Shown here piece by piece: positions 22,839-37,424 of a DNA stretch of 64,000 nucleotides (positions are counted from its first letter, which is position 1; each line of letters opens with the position of its first letter). The position numbers and the translations under genes were made by a program. The notes below the pieces were generated by a model. The model was not told where the DNA came from. It saw only the letters and a list, made by a program, of their open reading frames with translations, and searched no databases. The DNA comes from Octopus sinensis (taxonomy: Eukaryota): assembly GCF_006345805.1 (NCBI RefSeq), contig NC_042999.1, forward strand, positions 130,200,001 to 130,264,000, given 5' to 3'.

Positions 22839-24984
22839 AGTTCTTATTGTTTAGCCGGAACCAACACGTCTTTGTTTAAAGTACAATAATGTATGCCGAC
22901 AACATTATCCTGGGTACACATTTTTTTTTCCATTTTAAGATAAGAAAGAGGAGATTAAGAAAATTCAGTAAACTTTTACTATTACATACTCACATTGACG
23001 GTGGCTTTGCCTAGAGAACGGCTGATTTCCGACGGTTTTGATGGCCAGATTCATTCAAAAATACATAAAAGTTCCATAGGAAAGACATACATTTTACCTT
23101 TAATGTGAGGTGGTGTAATTGCAAAAATTTACTGATTTTGCTGTTACTTCTTACAGGCGGCACAATCACCGAGATACACTAACTATTTAGCTGTTATTTA
23201 GCCACAAATCAGCTCCGTTAGAGCAACTCTCTGATCAAAGGTGTTCCTGCTATAGTCATCCTATCGCTTTCGTATATTCAAGGTTGAATTGGCCAATGTT
23301 TTCTTTTCCGAGACGGTAGTCTCTAAATTCTTGTGAAAGAATTCAGAGAATGTCTACCAGCAAGCACCTAATTCGATTTCAAATAAAACTGCAGTACAGT
23401 TTGAATGAAATTTTGTATACAAGATGCCTTTTAGTAGATTTTGAAAAGTTGTTAGAACTGAGTTCTATACATAATGCACTGGAGCAACAGCCATCCACTA
23501 TTAAATTTCATCTATTTTCAGATAATGGCTCAGTTCCTGCGGTAGATTTTGTATGATCCACTACTCACGAACGAAAAATTTAGCCCATGTTTGTAATAGA
23601 TCCAATTTACATTAAAAGGGTACAGCAACTAGCTTTAGTTTGCTTTAAATAAAAGAAATAGTACCTTACAAAGCAGGAACAAGTAAAAGCTTTTGTCCTT
23701 TTGCAGTTACCACAGAACATAACTTTTCCGTATCATGTTAGCAGTGCATGATGTGTATCGTTTTTAAAAAATCTTTTTCTCAGAAAAGAATTCTGTTCCC
23801 TTCATCCGCTATAGGGCCTCTGAGACGGGTGGAAGGAAAGTATCTCCTAACCCGAATGTATGCAGTGTATAACTTTTTTCTAATTCATCGGATTTCTTCG
23901 TAACTTTCACCTACACATTTTGTAGCTTATTCTTGTATTGTCTCGTCACCTCTTAAAACAAAAGTATTATTATTGTTGTTATTACCTTCAAGCTATTCAG
24001 ATCGTAAACACCGATACTCCATATATGTACACAGTCTTTCATAAATTTATCTGACGGAAGTTGTTGCTATTATTGCTTAAGACATTCTCGTGAAAAGGTG
24101 GGTTTAAAAACTGTCTTCTATTAGGAGTTAAAGAACAATGATTTTTCCCCCCGCAGTCTGCCGTTAGCAATTTAACAATTGAAGATAAAAGGTGGTGAGG
24201 AAATAATCATGACAGCTGCAGTAGCGTAACTCTAACGCTGTCGTCTGGATTGTAGTCATTCTTGTTAAAGCGAAGCAGTGACTTTTTCTGAAGATTTCGT
24301 CTGAGAAATATAACTCTGTCAGCACCAGTATCATTATGATGGAACAAAGCAGTGATGCAGAAAACGACAACGGAGAGAAACATCATCGAATATATAAACC
24401 CACACATGCCAGCAGCAAAAACCGCATAAACGATAATGACAAAAACAAGATAAAGAAATAGAATGTTGTGTGTGTGTGTATACAAGAATGAAAACAGTGT
24501 CTTTAAGAAGCGAACAAAACACCAGCATTATTGTCAACAAAAATGAAATCGTAAATCACCACAAAAATGCAGTAATATGTAGCCCATACAGAAGATCCAT
24601 CCACCATTTAGATTGAATACCCTCTTCAGCTCAAGAATAAACAATATGAGTTTATTGAAGCTTTATAACGTTCGGAATCTTGGAATGTTAGTGCTTCTGT
24701 AGCACAACATTCACTGCAAAACAGTTACCTATATAAAAACGAAAATAACGTCACAGAGTGGGTAGAAAACAGTATAGGTTAGCCGAAACATTGTACCGTG
24801 TGGGGAAGAAGCGTAAAGCAACCTTGCTAGTCCATGTATCTCGAATGAAATTAACTTAATTCCGACCTATGTGAGCAGTTGTTCTACAAAAATGGAGCCT
24901 AATAGTGAGGATGCCGAGGAAAAAATTAGGCAAATTTCAAAAGTGCCGATAGCAACACACAAAGATGTCCCAATTCCCTTAGCG

Positions 24985-26140
24985 CTCCCCTCATGGTGAA
25001 ACGAGTCTGGAACAGATTTGACTTCAATGGGGCGCTGATGAATTCAGATCAGACCAAAGCCTTTGGTAGGGTCGACCATCATTACATGACGGCTGTCCTA
25101 AGTGTAACTGATTTCAGTTCCGCTTTCGCTACGAGGTTCAGAGGCAACCTATTCTGTGGTCAAACTAGGCTACCATCTATCAGAACCGTTTCGTATCGTG
25201 TACTCAGTCCGCTAAAGATGGTCTTGTTCATTTGCCGTGTACGTTTTGGTGATCGATTCCCTGCTGCAAAACAATAGGAGTTGAAAGTAATTCCGCTCGA
25301 ACTGGGACGAAGGAGGGCTGTCTGCATAAGCAGATGACTTCGCCGCGATGGTGTCGGATACATTGGAATTAGTTCAGTTTGCTGGCATCAAACTGAACGA
25401 ATGCCGGACGGTAACGGAACCCATATTAACCAGGACTAGATGGTAGCCTTGCGACTTGGCGTTTCGAGAAGCAAGTCCATGCGGGACGTCGGCATCTATC
25501 ACTGAACCAAGTGTCTGGTTAAGGGACTCGAAATATAATTTATCTAGAACACTAGATAAACAGAAACCACTACGCCATATGCCCACGGGCATATGGCGTA
25601 GTGGTTAAGAGCGCAGCTACTAACTCCAAGATTCTGAGTTCGATTCCAGGCAGTGACCCGAATAATAATAATATCGAAAAATACCTTAGAAATGAGAACC
25701 CAGGTTCGAAATTTCCCCGAGACACCTAATGAAGACTGGAGGGTCAGCCCAAACGTTGTGTTAACCACAAACAAGATGAAGACAAATATCCGTAAAGTGC
25801 AAAGAATGAACGGAAGAGATTGTGATCAGTCGTGATCAGTCTCAATCAGAAAGGGCTGAGCTGAATCTGTCCTCTAAATGTTGGCTGGTGGTGGCTAACA
25901 TCGGTATCACTTGGTTAATTTATTATCGTTAGAATTCCGCTCTTTGATCTGGGAAACATTTGGCCTAGTTGCAGCGCACTCTCTTTCGCCCTTTGTGAAA
26001 TAGATAATTTTCGTTAACCAGTAGGGCCATCTATTACCAATACTACACCAAATGTATCGCAGAATACCATGTGTAATGATGCGCAAGCACGCACCGAGAC
26101 ACCCGAAGAGATTCTTGGATAACATGAAAAGGTGTAGCTT
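24985..26140 (+). mobile_element. older Tx1/L1-clade RT fragment, interrupted by a family C SINE
   Basis: GALMNSDQTKAFGRVDHHY, HLSEPFRIVYSVR*, SA*ADD (25327-25338), INQD*MVALRLG, and after the SINE VANIG..YYR and MMRKHAPRH..RFLDN. Confidence 0.8.
25565..25795 (+). mobile_element. family C SINE preceded by a perfect 20-bp inverted copy of its own head
   Basis: AACCACTACGCCATATGCCC-AC-GGGCATATGGCGTAGTGGTT; hammerhead remnant CTAATGA...CAAACGTTGTGTT. Confidence 0.9.
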
Positions 26141-26990
26141 GTTATGAGATATGATTTTTTTTTATAGCTAGTCTCTTTGGTCCAATTTCAGCGCCGGGTC
26201 AAGTTCGAAAGTTGTGCTATTATGTTTTTTGTTCAACAGCTTGACTGATGTATTGTTTTACTTTTCAACGCATTTCTTTATAATATTAAAATAACTCGTG
26301 ATTACCATAAATTTCTCATATTACAGCCTACTGACTCTAGTCCAGTATCATAAAGCCAGTCCTGTCAATGCAAATGTATTGAATAGTCTAGTGTTCTTGC
26401 TATGGAGATGAGGTTTTAATATAATATTTTTAAATCAAAATATTCATTTTTCATTTTCACTCGGATAGTTTTCATATACACTTCTACTTTCTAGGCCCAA
26501 ATATCTGTAGAAGGTGTAATTTTCTAGCTCCAATACTATCACCCTTTCTAGAGTTTGAAATTGTCGGTTTACCTTATTTTATCGTTAGTTTCTTGCACTT
26601 ATTCAATTTAAAGTATACTTAAAGAACTACTTGAGAAGGCTGAGAAGACTCTCAAGCAGGGGACCGTTTACAGCATACAGGTTTTTAGATGAAAAGGAGA
26701 TGGTAGATGAATCTGGTCCTCCCTTTCTCCATGTAGTCTCATAATTTTGTTAGCTAAATGAACGGTAAGAAAATAGGATGAAGACCAAGAGTACTGTTCT
26801 TTTAGAATGTGGCAGTATATATTACGGTAAGGCTGAAGATTACAATAACTATAAGCTGGAACTATTGGTGCCGGTAAAAACTGTCTATCACTTCTTTGTT
26901 GATTCACGAAGCTCATCATTTTTTTCGTCAAACTGACATACCTCCAGTAATTTGATAAGCCAGTCATGTAGGAGTGAATTGAAAATTGGT

Positions 26991-27063
26991 TTTAGTCCAT
27001 CCAGGCATAAAATTCTCTTTAGTCCATCCAGGCATAAAATTCTCTTTAGTCCATCCAGGCATA
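26991..27063. repeat. 27-bp tandem repeat, about 2.7 copies
   Basis: TTTAGTCCATCCAGGCATAAAATTCTC starts at 26991, 27018, 27045. Confidence 0.95.
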
Positions 27064-27288
27064 TAAGCAAGTTCTTTTCTCGGATCAGAATCATTAAAAT
27101 CTTGGACAAAACGCCTTTCCAGCGTTTGTTCTAACTCCTTTCAGTTTTGATTTGAAATACCACGATGTTAAATTAGTTTTACATCCATCCAGGATCGATA
27201 AGATAAATTCTCAATCAGGTACTAGGTTCGATATAATCGATTAAATGCTTTCTACTAAATTTCAGATTATTATTATTATTATTATAAT

Positions 27289-27417
27289 TCGGCCGAGGTC
27301 GACTTTGCCTTTCCTCCTTTCTGGGTCGATGAAATAAGTACCAGTTGAGTACTGGAGTCGATGTATTCGACTCATCCCCTCCCCTGAAATTGCTAGCCTT
27401 GTGTCAAAACTTGGAAC

Positions 27418-27450
<33 letters not shown>

Positions 27451-27620
27451 GAGCGCTTAAGGTTGCAAAATCGCTAGAGCATCGGAAAAATGCCTTGTAA
27501 GTATTTTCCCGCTCTTTACGTTTTGAGTTAAAATCCTAACGAGGTCAACTTTGCTTTTCCTCTTTTCTGGATTGATAAAATAAAGTACTCTACCCGTCAA
27601 AATTGCTAGCCTTGTGCCTA
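27289..27620 (+). mobile_element. two tandem family B SINE copies separated by (ATT)n
   Basis: GAGGTCGACTTTGCCTTTC body at about 27295 and diverged copy at about 27540. Confidence 0.85.
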
Positions 27621-29992
27621 TATCAGTTATATATATATCCTCCACGATGTGATAAAATACTAGTTATGTTCTATAGTAGATTCCATTATATTTCTCTATG
27701 AAACTAGGCCTATAAATACATATATGGAATCATAATTATGACTGGTATTAGTCAAATGCTTGAATAGAAATAATCGATTACGTCATCTTCTCAAACGATC
27801 TTGTTCTTGCTTGCGGTTATAATAAGTCTTAATTATTAAAGTCTGTATCAACAAGATTTGTTTTTCCGAAAGAAAATCGAACTATTAGCAACGTGAGCAG
27901 AAGCTATAAAAGTAATTATCTCAGATCGTGAATGTGTTATTTAGACTCATTTAAGTATATACAGAAAGTCATCGAAGTATATTAATGATTAGCACTTCTG
28001 TCAAGGCTTGGTTTGATGCCTCTTCAAATTTATAAGCTACAACTGAAGACTGAATACATTTTGGGACCTGTTATTGCTTTTAGAATTGCTTATCGTTTAC
28101 TATTATAGACAAATGTTTTACTAATTTCATCTCGGTTAAATGATACATTACTAGAGGATTACTCAAACACCTGTATTTTCCATCCCTTTCAGTCTGTTCC
28201 CCACCCTTTCTCTCTGTTTCCACTCCGTTTTTTGAGATTATCATTACTATTCTATCGCAAAAACTAACACATATTAATACTAACATTTTGACTGAAGGTT
28301 TATATTAAGGAATTTGTTAATCAATTTTCATTATTAGGATCGATAAAAACTGGCCTGGGAAGGTTGGACAAATAACAATCTTAGAAAACTGTAGGTGCAG
28401 GTTAACGTTGCTTTAATTTATAGAAAAATGTTATTCACTGTTTCGGAATCTTTAATCTTGTGGATGTCTCAGTTTCAGTAGATTGCTCGTGTGTGGAATT
28501 GATTCTGTTGGGAATTATTAATGTAGATGATGTGAATTATATCAAATATAATAGAATGTAAATTATATCAAATATTTAATGATATCTCATGTTGCCACTA
28601 TTCTGCTGACTACATGAAATGGCTGGGAGGATATGTAACCGGACTTCCGGTATACAGAGCCTGGCTACAAAGCACCTTAAAAGGCAAAGGTTAGTGTCTC
28701 TTATTATTAGAAATATTTTAAGAGAGAAAGTAAATAGCATTCATGTATTCCGCTACTCTTTGTTTATGGCATTCTTCAGCTCCGTATATAAGGATGTAAT
28801 TTGAGTAGGTGCAGGTTAACGTTGCTAATAAACGCCAGATTAGCCATGGTAAGTAAAAGCGTTTTAACAGTGGCCCTTCCATTATTTTTTGAGAGAGGCA
28901 TAAAGCATCTAGAGCTACATCATTTAATGTGTAGTTTATTTTTTTAAGCGGGTAGAAAGGTAACTTCAGTACTATTTCTTGAGGCCGCGTAGAAACTTCC
29001 ACAATGATTCGATACGGGTTTAGTTGTTTGTTCTGAAATGGTAGGTGAAATGAGTTCAGTTTAAAAACCAAACAAAAATAAAGAAAAATAAAAACTCGTA
29101 TCATATGAGAATTTCATTGACCAATTATGGAAAACATTTTGAATAATTTAAATTGAATTTGAAAATATACAACGTTATATCCAAAGCCCTAAACCTATCC
29201 AAAGTCCTAAATACTTCAACATCTCTACAATTCTCCCATTTACACCTTATATACAAACAACTTTACTGCCACCAGGTTCTTCCTAACAGTAAAAGTGACC
29301 ATATTTCTCACAAATATTATTCTAGCGTCCGTTAAAGCAAAACATATGGTTCTCACTTTGCTTAGTAGGGCTAACTAACGAGAACATAGCCACTTTATGA
29401 CAATACTGATACTACCACCAACAACATTATAATGGTTATAAAACACCTACCAACGCTGCCTTCACTATGAACATAAATATTTATCCCAAGACTTGTAACC
29501 CAACAGAGATCCTTCTCTACTAACATTTCTTTGAATGCATAAGTCAGTTTTTCTTTGTTTTTGTTGCATTCAGATATTGTCACATGTACTTCTGCACTGA
29601 TCGAAAACTCTTTCGTCTGCTGTATTGAACAAATTCCAGAATAACTTATATTGACTCACAGCTAATTAGCATTAGGTAAATATAAACATTTATACTGGAA
29701 TTTTGGATAACTTCAGATCCTTACTTCTGCACTTATTCGTTCAGTCGAAATTCTTAGCCATGATGTCAGCTAGAAGGTTATTGATGTCGACGAAGCTAAT
29801 ATTGAACAGATAGGCTACATATGTTGATAAATCTAATTTTAACAATACTGAAAACAAATTTTGTTTGACTGGGCCAATTTTCTGTTTGCAAGGAAAGAAT
29901 TGTTTTATGTACAAGCACAGATTTTTTTCTAGACAGATAGACGAATATGATGATAATTTGCCTTTTCTGATTAAACACTTTGTATATGCTTT

Positions 29993-29995
<3 letters not shown>

Positions 29996-30022
<27 letters not shown>
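29996..30022. repeat. (ACT)n microsatellite
   Basis: Read directly. Confidence 0.95.
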
Positions 30023-30024
<2 letters not shown>

Positions 30025-31537
30025 TATAGTGGCGGGTTACACACTCATTAGCATGCCTTGAAATGTTTAGTTACGTTTCTTTCTAATTTCAATTCCCCTG
30101 ATCAAACTTTACTATTCACATTTCGAAGGTCTTTAAATTACGAAGCAGACAAAATGCTGGGACTTATTTAATCGACTGTACCCCGCATCCACCAATTTGT
30201 GGCCGTGTACCAATGTTAAAATCCCTCCTGAAGCAGATTCGTCTGTAGAGTGGCAAAGGCGAAAGAGTTCCATATTATAAAATGCCATACATAATCTAGT
30301 CTCGATCGTTCACGTATTGAGTTCAAATTTTAATAAAGTTCGTCGTTATTCTGGATAATGAATGTCCTAGCTACCATCTCTGATACGTCCGACTGGGTCT
30401 ATAAAATAAGTAGCAATCATATGCCCGGTCGATTCAAACCCCTACCACTATGCGTTACATATTGTTTGCTTCATTCCTATGTAAGAAACTATAATGAATT
30501 TTGTATTCATATAATATTAATTCTTTTTTTTAATGATTTGCTATTTGCAGAAGACCTCACCCTCCTGTTCACGGTAAATATACACTTTCAATATTAATTT
30601 AATACTTTTGTTGGCATTGTCAACGAAATGAGATCCATTGTTACTGTTCCGGGATTTTACGTTTATTTATGATTGAAGTGGACACTTTCTGATCTTGTTT
30701 TCTTTATAACTGCTTTAAACGGGAGTTAGTGTTTAATTTTGTGATTTCTGTTCCGCAAGGGGTGAAATAAGCCGTTTCTTTTTGCTTTATTTGACGTTTT
30801 AAAATTTCTAGCTGAATTGCTATTTCGAAGACATTCTAAATATGGCCACTTATAATAGTAGTGGTATCACTGTGTAGATAAAGAAATGTAAAGAAAATGC
30901 TCTCTTCTCAAAGGATTGAAGAATTATATTTGCGCACGCACTACTCAAAAAAAAAAACCCCGAAAAAAAGTGATTTCTCTGTTGATAAACGTCGAGAATG
31001 ACAATATTATGAACAATAGAAACTTCATTATCACTACGAATATCAATAATAGCGCCGGCATCGGTAGATTGGTCGATGTTGGCATCCTCAACAACAGGAG
31101 CAGCAATAGTACAATCATCCGAAGAGCATCATTTGTCAGAGTAACTAGTGAATGAGAGGAACAAGGTTTCACAAGAATCCAAGAAAAGGAGGAACAATAG
31201 ATAAGCATTGGAACTATAAGGCAAGTGCTCAAAATAGAGAAGGAATTTTAAAGAGAGTCGTTGTTCCTGCATTGCACACTTAACTATAGCTTAGGGTCCA
31301 GTAATACAGAGCGAAGACACGGTCACGGTTAGAGACTTAGGTGAGAAAATCAACTCGTTTTTGATTATGATTTTTCACGAAACAATGTGTCGATACGTGC
31401 GGACTGTAGAGACATATTAGTGAAAAAAAAATATTGTTAAAACTAGTTTGGTATATATGTATATAAATGTATTTTAAACATTTACGAGCTTTTGAAATCT
31501 AAGTGCATTTTCAACAACACATTTTCCCATATATATA

Positions 31538-31583
<46 letters not shown>

Positions 31584-31713
31584 TTATTTATTTATTTTTT
31601 AAAATTTTATTTTATCTAGTTTCAGCTCACGAGCTGTGGCCATGCTGGGGCACCGCCATTTGGTGTTGCTACATGATTTTATTTCACGAATGCTTATATA
31701 TGTATATATATAT

Positions 31714-31745
<32 letters not shown>

Positions 31746-32047
31746 ATATATATATATGGGGTGATTATAACCAAGAAAAAAGCAACAAGAATGGATTAGT
31801 AGTTCAGTACAATTGTTTCATACCAAGAACAATTTTATTTAAAGCTGCAAGTATTACAGCAAATACAAATGTCCAGTATTCATCAGCTAAATCACATATA
31901 TGTTTTCCAGACATCCTAGAGAGTGTTACTATCCTCATGAAGTATTAGGAGTGAGTTCTATGAAATTTGAAGTCAAATTATAAGCAGACTCAAAATGCTT
32001 TCTAATGATGCACAGTTTTATAAAAAGTTAACAATCTTTTTAAAAAC

Positions 32048-34589
32048 TATGTATATATATACATATATGTATATATATATACATATATGTATATATATAC
32101 ATATATGTATATATATACATATATGTGTATATATATACATATATGTGTATATATATACATATGTGTATATATATACACATATATGTGTATATATATACAC
32201 ATATATGTTATATATATACATATATGTGTATATATATACATATATGTATATATGTGTATATATATACATATATGTATATATATATATATACATATATGTA
32301 TATATATATATACATATATGTATATATATATATATACATATATGTATATATATATACATATATGTATATATATATATATACATATATGTATATATATATA
32401 CATATATGTATATATATATATACATATATGTATATATATATATACATATATGTATATATATATATACATATATGTATATATATATATATACATATATGTA
32501 TATATTATATATATACATATATGTATATATATATACATATATGTATATATATATATATACATATATGTATATTATATATATATACATATATGTATTATAT
32601 ATACATATATGTATATATATATACATTATGTATATATACATATATGTATATATATATACATATATGTATAATATATACATATATGTATATATATATATAT
32701 ACATATATGTATATATATATATATACATATAGTATATATATATATACATATATGTATATATACATATATGTATATATACATATATGTATATATACATATA
32801 TGTATATATACATATATGTATATATACATATATGTATATATATATACATATATGTATATATACATATATGTATATATACATATATGTAATATATATACAT
32901 ATATGTGTATATATATACATATATGTTATATATATATATACATATATGTATATATATATACATATATGTATATATATATATATACATATATGTTATATAT
33001 ATATATATACATATATGTATATATATATATACATATATGTAATATATATATATACATATGTATATATATATATATACATATATGTATATATATAATATAT
33101 GTATATATATATATACATATATGTATAATATACATATATGTATTATATATATATACATATATGTATATATATACATATATGTATATATATATATATACAT
33201 ATATGTATATAATATATATACATATATGTATATACACATATATGTATATGTATATACACATATATGTATATGTATATATACATATATGTATATATATATA
33301 TATACATATATGTATATATATATATATACATATATGTATATACACATATATGTATATGTATATACACATATATGTAATGTATATACACATATATATATAT
33401 GTATATATAACATATATGTATATGTATATACACATATATGTATATGTATATACACATATTTGTATATGTATATACACATATATGTATATGTATATACACA
33501 TATATGTATATGTATATACACATATATGTATATGTATATACACATATATGTATATATATATACACATATATGTATATATATATGCATATATGTATATATA
33601 TATGCATATATGTATATATATATATGCATATATATATATGCATATATGTATATATATATGCATATATGTATATATATATATGCATATATATATATATATG
33701 CATATATATATATATATATATATAATATATGCATATATATATATATGCATATATATATATATGCATATATATATATATGCATATATATATATATGCATAT
33801 ATATATATATATGCATATATATATATATATGCATATATATATATATATATGCATATATATATATATATGCATATATATATATATATATGCATATATATAT
33901 TATATATATGCATAATATATATATGCATATATGCATATATGTATATGCATATATATATGTATGCATATATGTATATACATATATGTATGCATATATGTAT
34001 GCATATATATGCATATATATATACCTACATATATATGCATATATATATATATATGCATATATGCATATATATATGCATATTATATATATATATGCATATA
34101 TATATATATATATGCATATATGCATATATATATATATGCATTATATATATGCATATATATATATGATATATATATATGCATATATATATATGCATATATA
34201 TGTATATATATATATGCATATATATATATGCATATATATGTATATATTATATGCATATATATATATATATTATATATGCATATATATATATGCATATATG
34301 TATATGTATATGCATATATATATGTATGCATATATGTATATGCATATATGTATGCATATATGTATATACATATATGTATGCATATATGTATATACATATA
34401 TGTATGCATATATGTATATACATATATGTATACATATATGTATATACATATATGTATGCATATATGTATATACATATATGTATACATATATGTATATATA
34501 TATATATGCATATATATATACCTACATATATATGCATATATATATATATATACATATATGTATATACATATATAATATATATATATACC

Positions 34590-34641
<52 letters not shown>

Positions 34642-34643
34642 GC

Positions 34644-34674
<31 letters not shown>

Positions 34675-34722
34675 TGTATATACTTATTAAATATATATAT
34701 ATACCTATACACACACACACAC

Positions 34723-34798
<76 letters not shown>

Positions 34799-34834
34799 CA
34801 CGCACGCACGCACACACATATATACACATATATA
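32048..34834. repeat. about 2.8-kb compound AT-rich microsatellite/minisatellite array
   Basis: (TA)n punctuated by CATATATG units to about 33580, then by TGCA units, ending in (CA)n and (TA)n. Confidence 0.98.
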
Positions 34835-34999
34835 TCTTTGTATCGCTCTCTTATCCGTCGCCGTTGTGGCAAATAAAAGAAATCATTATTATTTTTTGCT
34901 ATTTGCGTAGTGGTTTCGATGCTCAAAAGTATCTACTTTCCTCTCAAAATTGCTGGTCTTGTGCGAAAATTCGAAAGTTTGATTATTGTTATTGTTTCA

Positions 35000-35484
35000 T
35001 TGTCTTTTCTCAGCTTCTAACACTGGTGATGTACTAAGGTGGTTGCTGTTCACTACTAGTTTACTAAGGTAACACCTCTTATCTTTTGGGCACCATCCAG
35101 AGTATTCGAGCGTTTCCAAGCGGTGCTGTTTTCTGCAAGTGCTTCATCCTTACTGCAACCCGTATTTGTTCCATGTAATTCTCAATATTTTTACTCACTG
35201 TTCCTACGGCTCCGACAATTATTGGTACTACTACCAACTTTTTCAGTAACCACAACTGCTTAACCTCCCAAGCTATCGACTTTTCTTTTTTCCTTATCGC
35301 ATACCTTGTCAGCTGGGACTGCTATATCTATGATCCAGATTCGTTTGCTTTCTTTTTCAATTAAGGCTATATCTGGTTTCCTATTCTCTATCTCATGTTC
35401 GCACTGATTCATAAAATCTCATAGGATCTTTGTATCATTTTCAATGGTGCCTTCGGGTTCATGTTCGTACCACTTTTTTGCTCT
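35000..35484 (-). mobile_element. R4/Dong-clade LINE 3' fragment (restriction-like endonuclease)
   Basis: KWYEHEPEG..KIL*DF..EIENRKPDI (35368-35382)..WIIDIAVPAD, frameshift, PIIVGAVGTVSK..LQKTAPLGNARIL..*; short 3' UTR ending CAATAACAATAATC. Confidence 0.92.
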
Positions 35485-35516
35485 GTCAATTCCATACTTA
35501 TTATTATTATTATTAT

Positions 35517-36834
35517 GCGGCAAGGTGGCAGAATCGTTAGCACGCCGGGTAAAATGCTTAGCGGCATTTAGTCCGTCTTTACGTTCTGAGTTCAAACTCC
35601 GCCGAGGTCGACTTTGCCTTTTAACCTTTCGGTGTCGATAAATTAAATACCAGTTGCGTACTGGATCGATCTAATCGACTGGCCCCCTCCCCCAAAATTC
35701 CGGGTTTTGTGCCCTGAGTAGAAGAGATTCTTCTTATAATTAGGCGGCAAGCTGGCAGAATCGTTAGTACGCCGAGTAAAATGCTTAGCGGCATTTGGTC
35801 TGTCTTTACATTTTGAGTTCAAATTCTGCTGAGGTCGACTTTGCCTTTCATCCTTTCGGGGTCGATAAATTTAGAACCAGTCTTTAGAATCGACTTACCC
35901 TCCCCACAAATTCCAGGCTTTGTACCTTTGTTAGAAAGGATTATTATTATTATCATCATTATTATTAAGGCGGCGAGCTGGCAAAAACGTTAGCACGCCG
36001 GGCGAAATGCGTAGCTGTATTTCGCCTGCCGTTACGTTCTGAGTTCAAATTTTGCCGTTACGTTCTGAGTTCAAATTTTGCCGTTAAGTTCTGAGTTCAA
36101 ATTCGACTTTGCCTTTCATCCTTTCGGGGTCGATAAATTAAGTACCAGTTACGCACTGGGGTCGATAAATTAAGTACCAGTTACGCACTGGGGTCGATAT
36201 AATCGACTAGATCCGTCTGTCTGTGCTTGTTTATCCCCTCTATGTTTAGCCCCTTGTGGGTAGTAAAGAAATAGGTATTTCGTCTGCCGCTACGTTCTGA
36301 GTTCAAAATCCGCCGAGCTCGATTTTGCCTTTCATCCTTTCGGGGGAGATTAAATAAGTACCAGTTACGCACTGGGATCGATATAATCGACTTAATCCGG
36401 TTGTCTGTCCTTGTTTGTCCTCTCTGTCTTTAGCCCCTTGTGGGTAGTAAAGAAATAGGTATTTCGCTTGTTGCTACCTTGAGGTCGACTTTGCCTTTCA
36501 TCCTATCGGGATCGATAAATTAAGTAGCAGTTGAGTACTGGGGTCGATGTAATCGACTGTCTCCCTACCCCCAGTTTCAGGCCTTGTGCCTTTAGTAGAA
36601 AGGATTATTATTATTATTAGGGTGGCGAGTTGGCAGAATCGTTAGCACGCCGAGCAAAATGCTTAGTGGCATTTCGTCCGTCATTACGTTCTGAGTTCAA
36701 ATTCTGCCGAAGTCGACTTTACATTTCGTCCTTTCGGGGTCGATAAATTAAGTACTAGTGAAACATTGGGGTCGATGTAACTGGCTTACCCCAGTCCCAC
36801 AAATTTCAGGCCTTGTGTCTTGAGTAGAAAGGAT
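35517..36834 (+). mobile_element. cluster of four co-oriented family B SINEs (35517-35729, 35742-35940, 35968-36604, 36619-36834)
   Basis: Each begins with (A)GGCGGC(A/G)AG-type head after an (ATT)n tail; the third contains two Tx1-tailed units with junctions at 36274/5 and 36458/9. Confidence 0.93.
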
Positions 36835-37424
36835 TATTAATTAGTATTAGTATTTTCAGCAGCATTTCACATGTAGACTATATGACATATGCTTATCGAC
36901 TGAGATATTGATTTTGCAACAGGTGTTGTAACTTTCACAAGAAATGATTCGATTGGTCACACCCTAGTCTTACAGAATTATAAATTAAACCAACTACAAA
37001 TTTTGTCACCAACCCGCCTCACAGTATTAGAATTACGGATTTTTAATGTAGGCAGAATACCATAAATGTTTTGTGAGGAAGAATATATTCGGCGATATTG
37101 ACCATGGTATTGATATATACTTTATTCACTCCAAAGGGATGGAAGACAAAGTTAAGGACAAAACTCAGGAGAGAAATAAATAACACAATAATAATGACAA
37201 TAATGTTATAACGAATTTTTTTTCAAACATTTTAAATCAAACTATCATTTCTTTATTAGCTCGAAAAAGAAAAGTTAATACAATTATCATTAAATTGTAT
37301 GTTTACAAAGGTGTGTGTGTGTGTCTATGTGTAACGAGTGAGAAAAGTTATATAAAAATGACTAAACAGGTGAAAAACGTTATACTGTATATAAAAGGAA
37401 TAATTAAAAATTTATGAAAACATA

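Noticed and set aside
31995-34926. Very long ORFs (up to 624 aa) of I/Y/H/C/M/T residues, also at 1985-2284 and 8069-8761
   Set aside because: They are translations of TA/CA microsatellites, open on both strands and in several frames.
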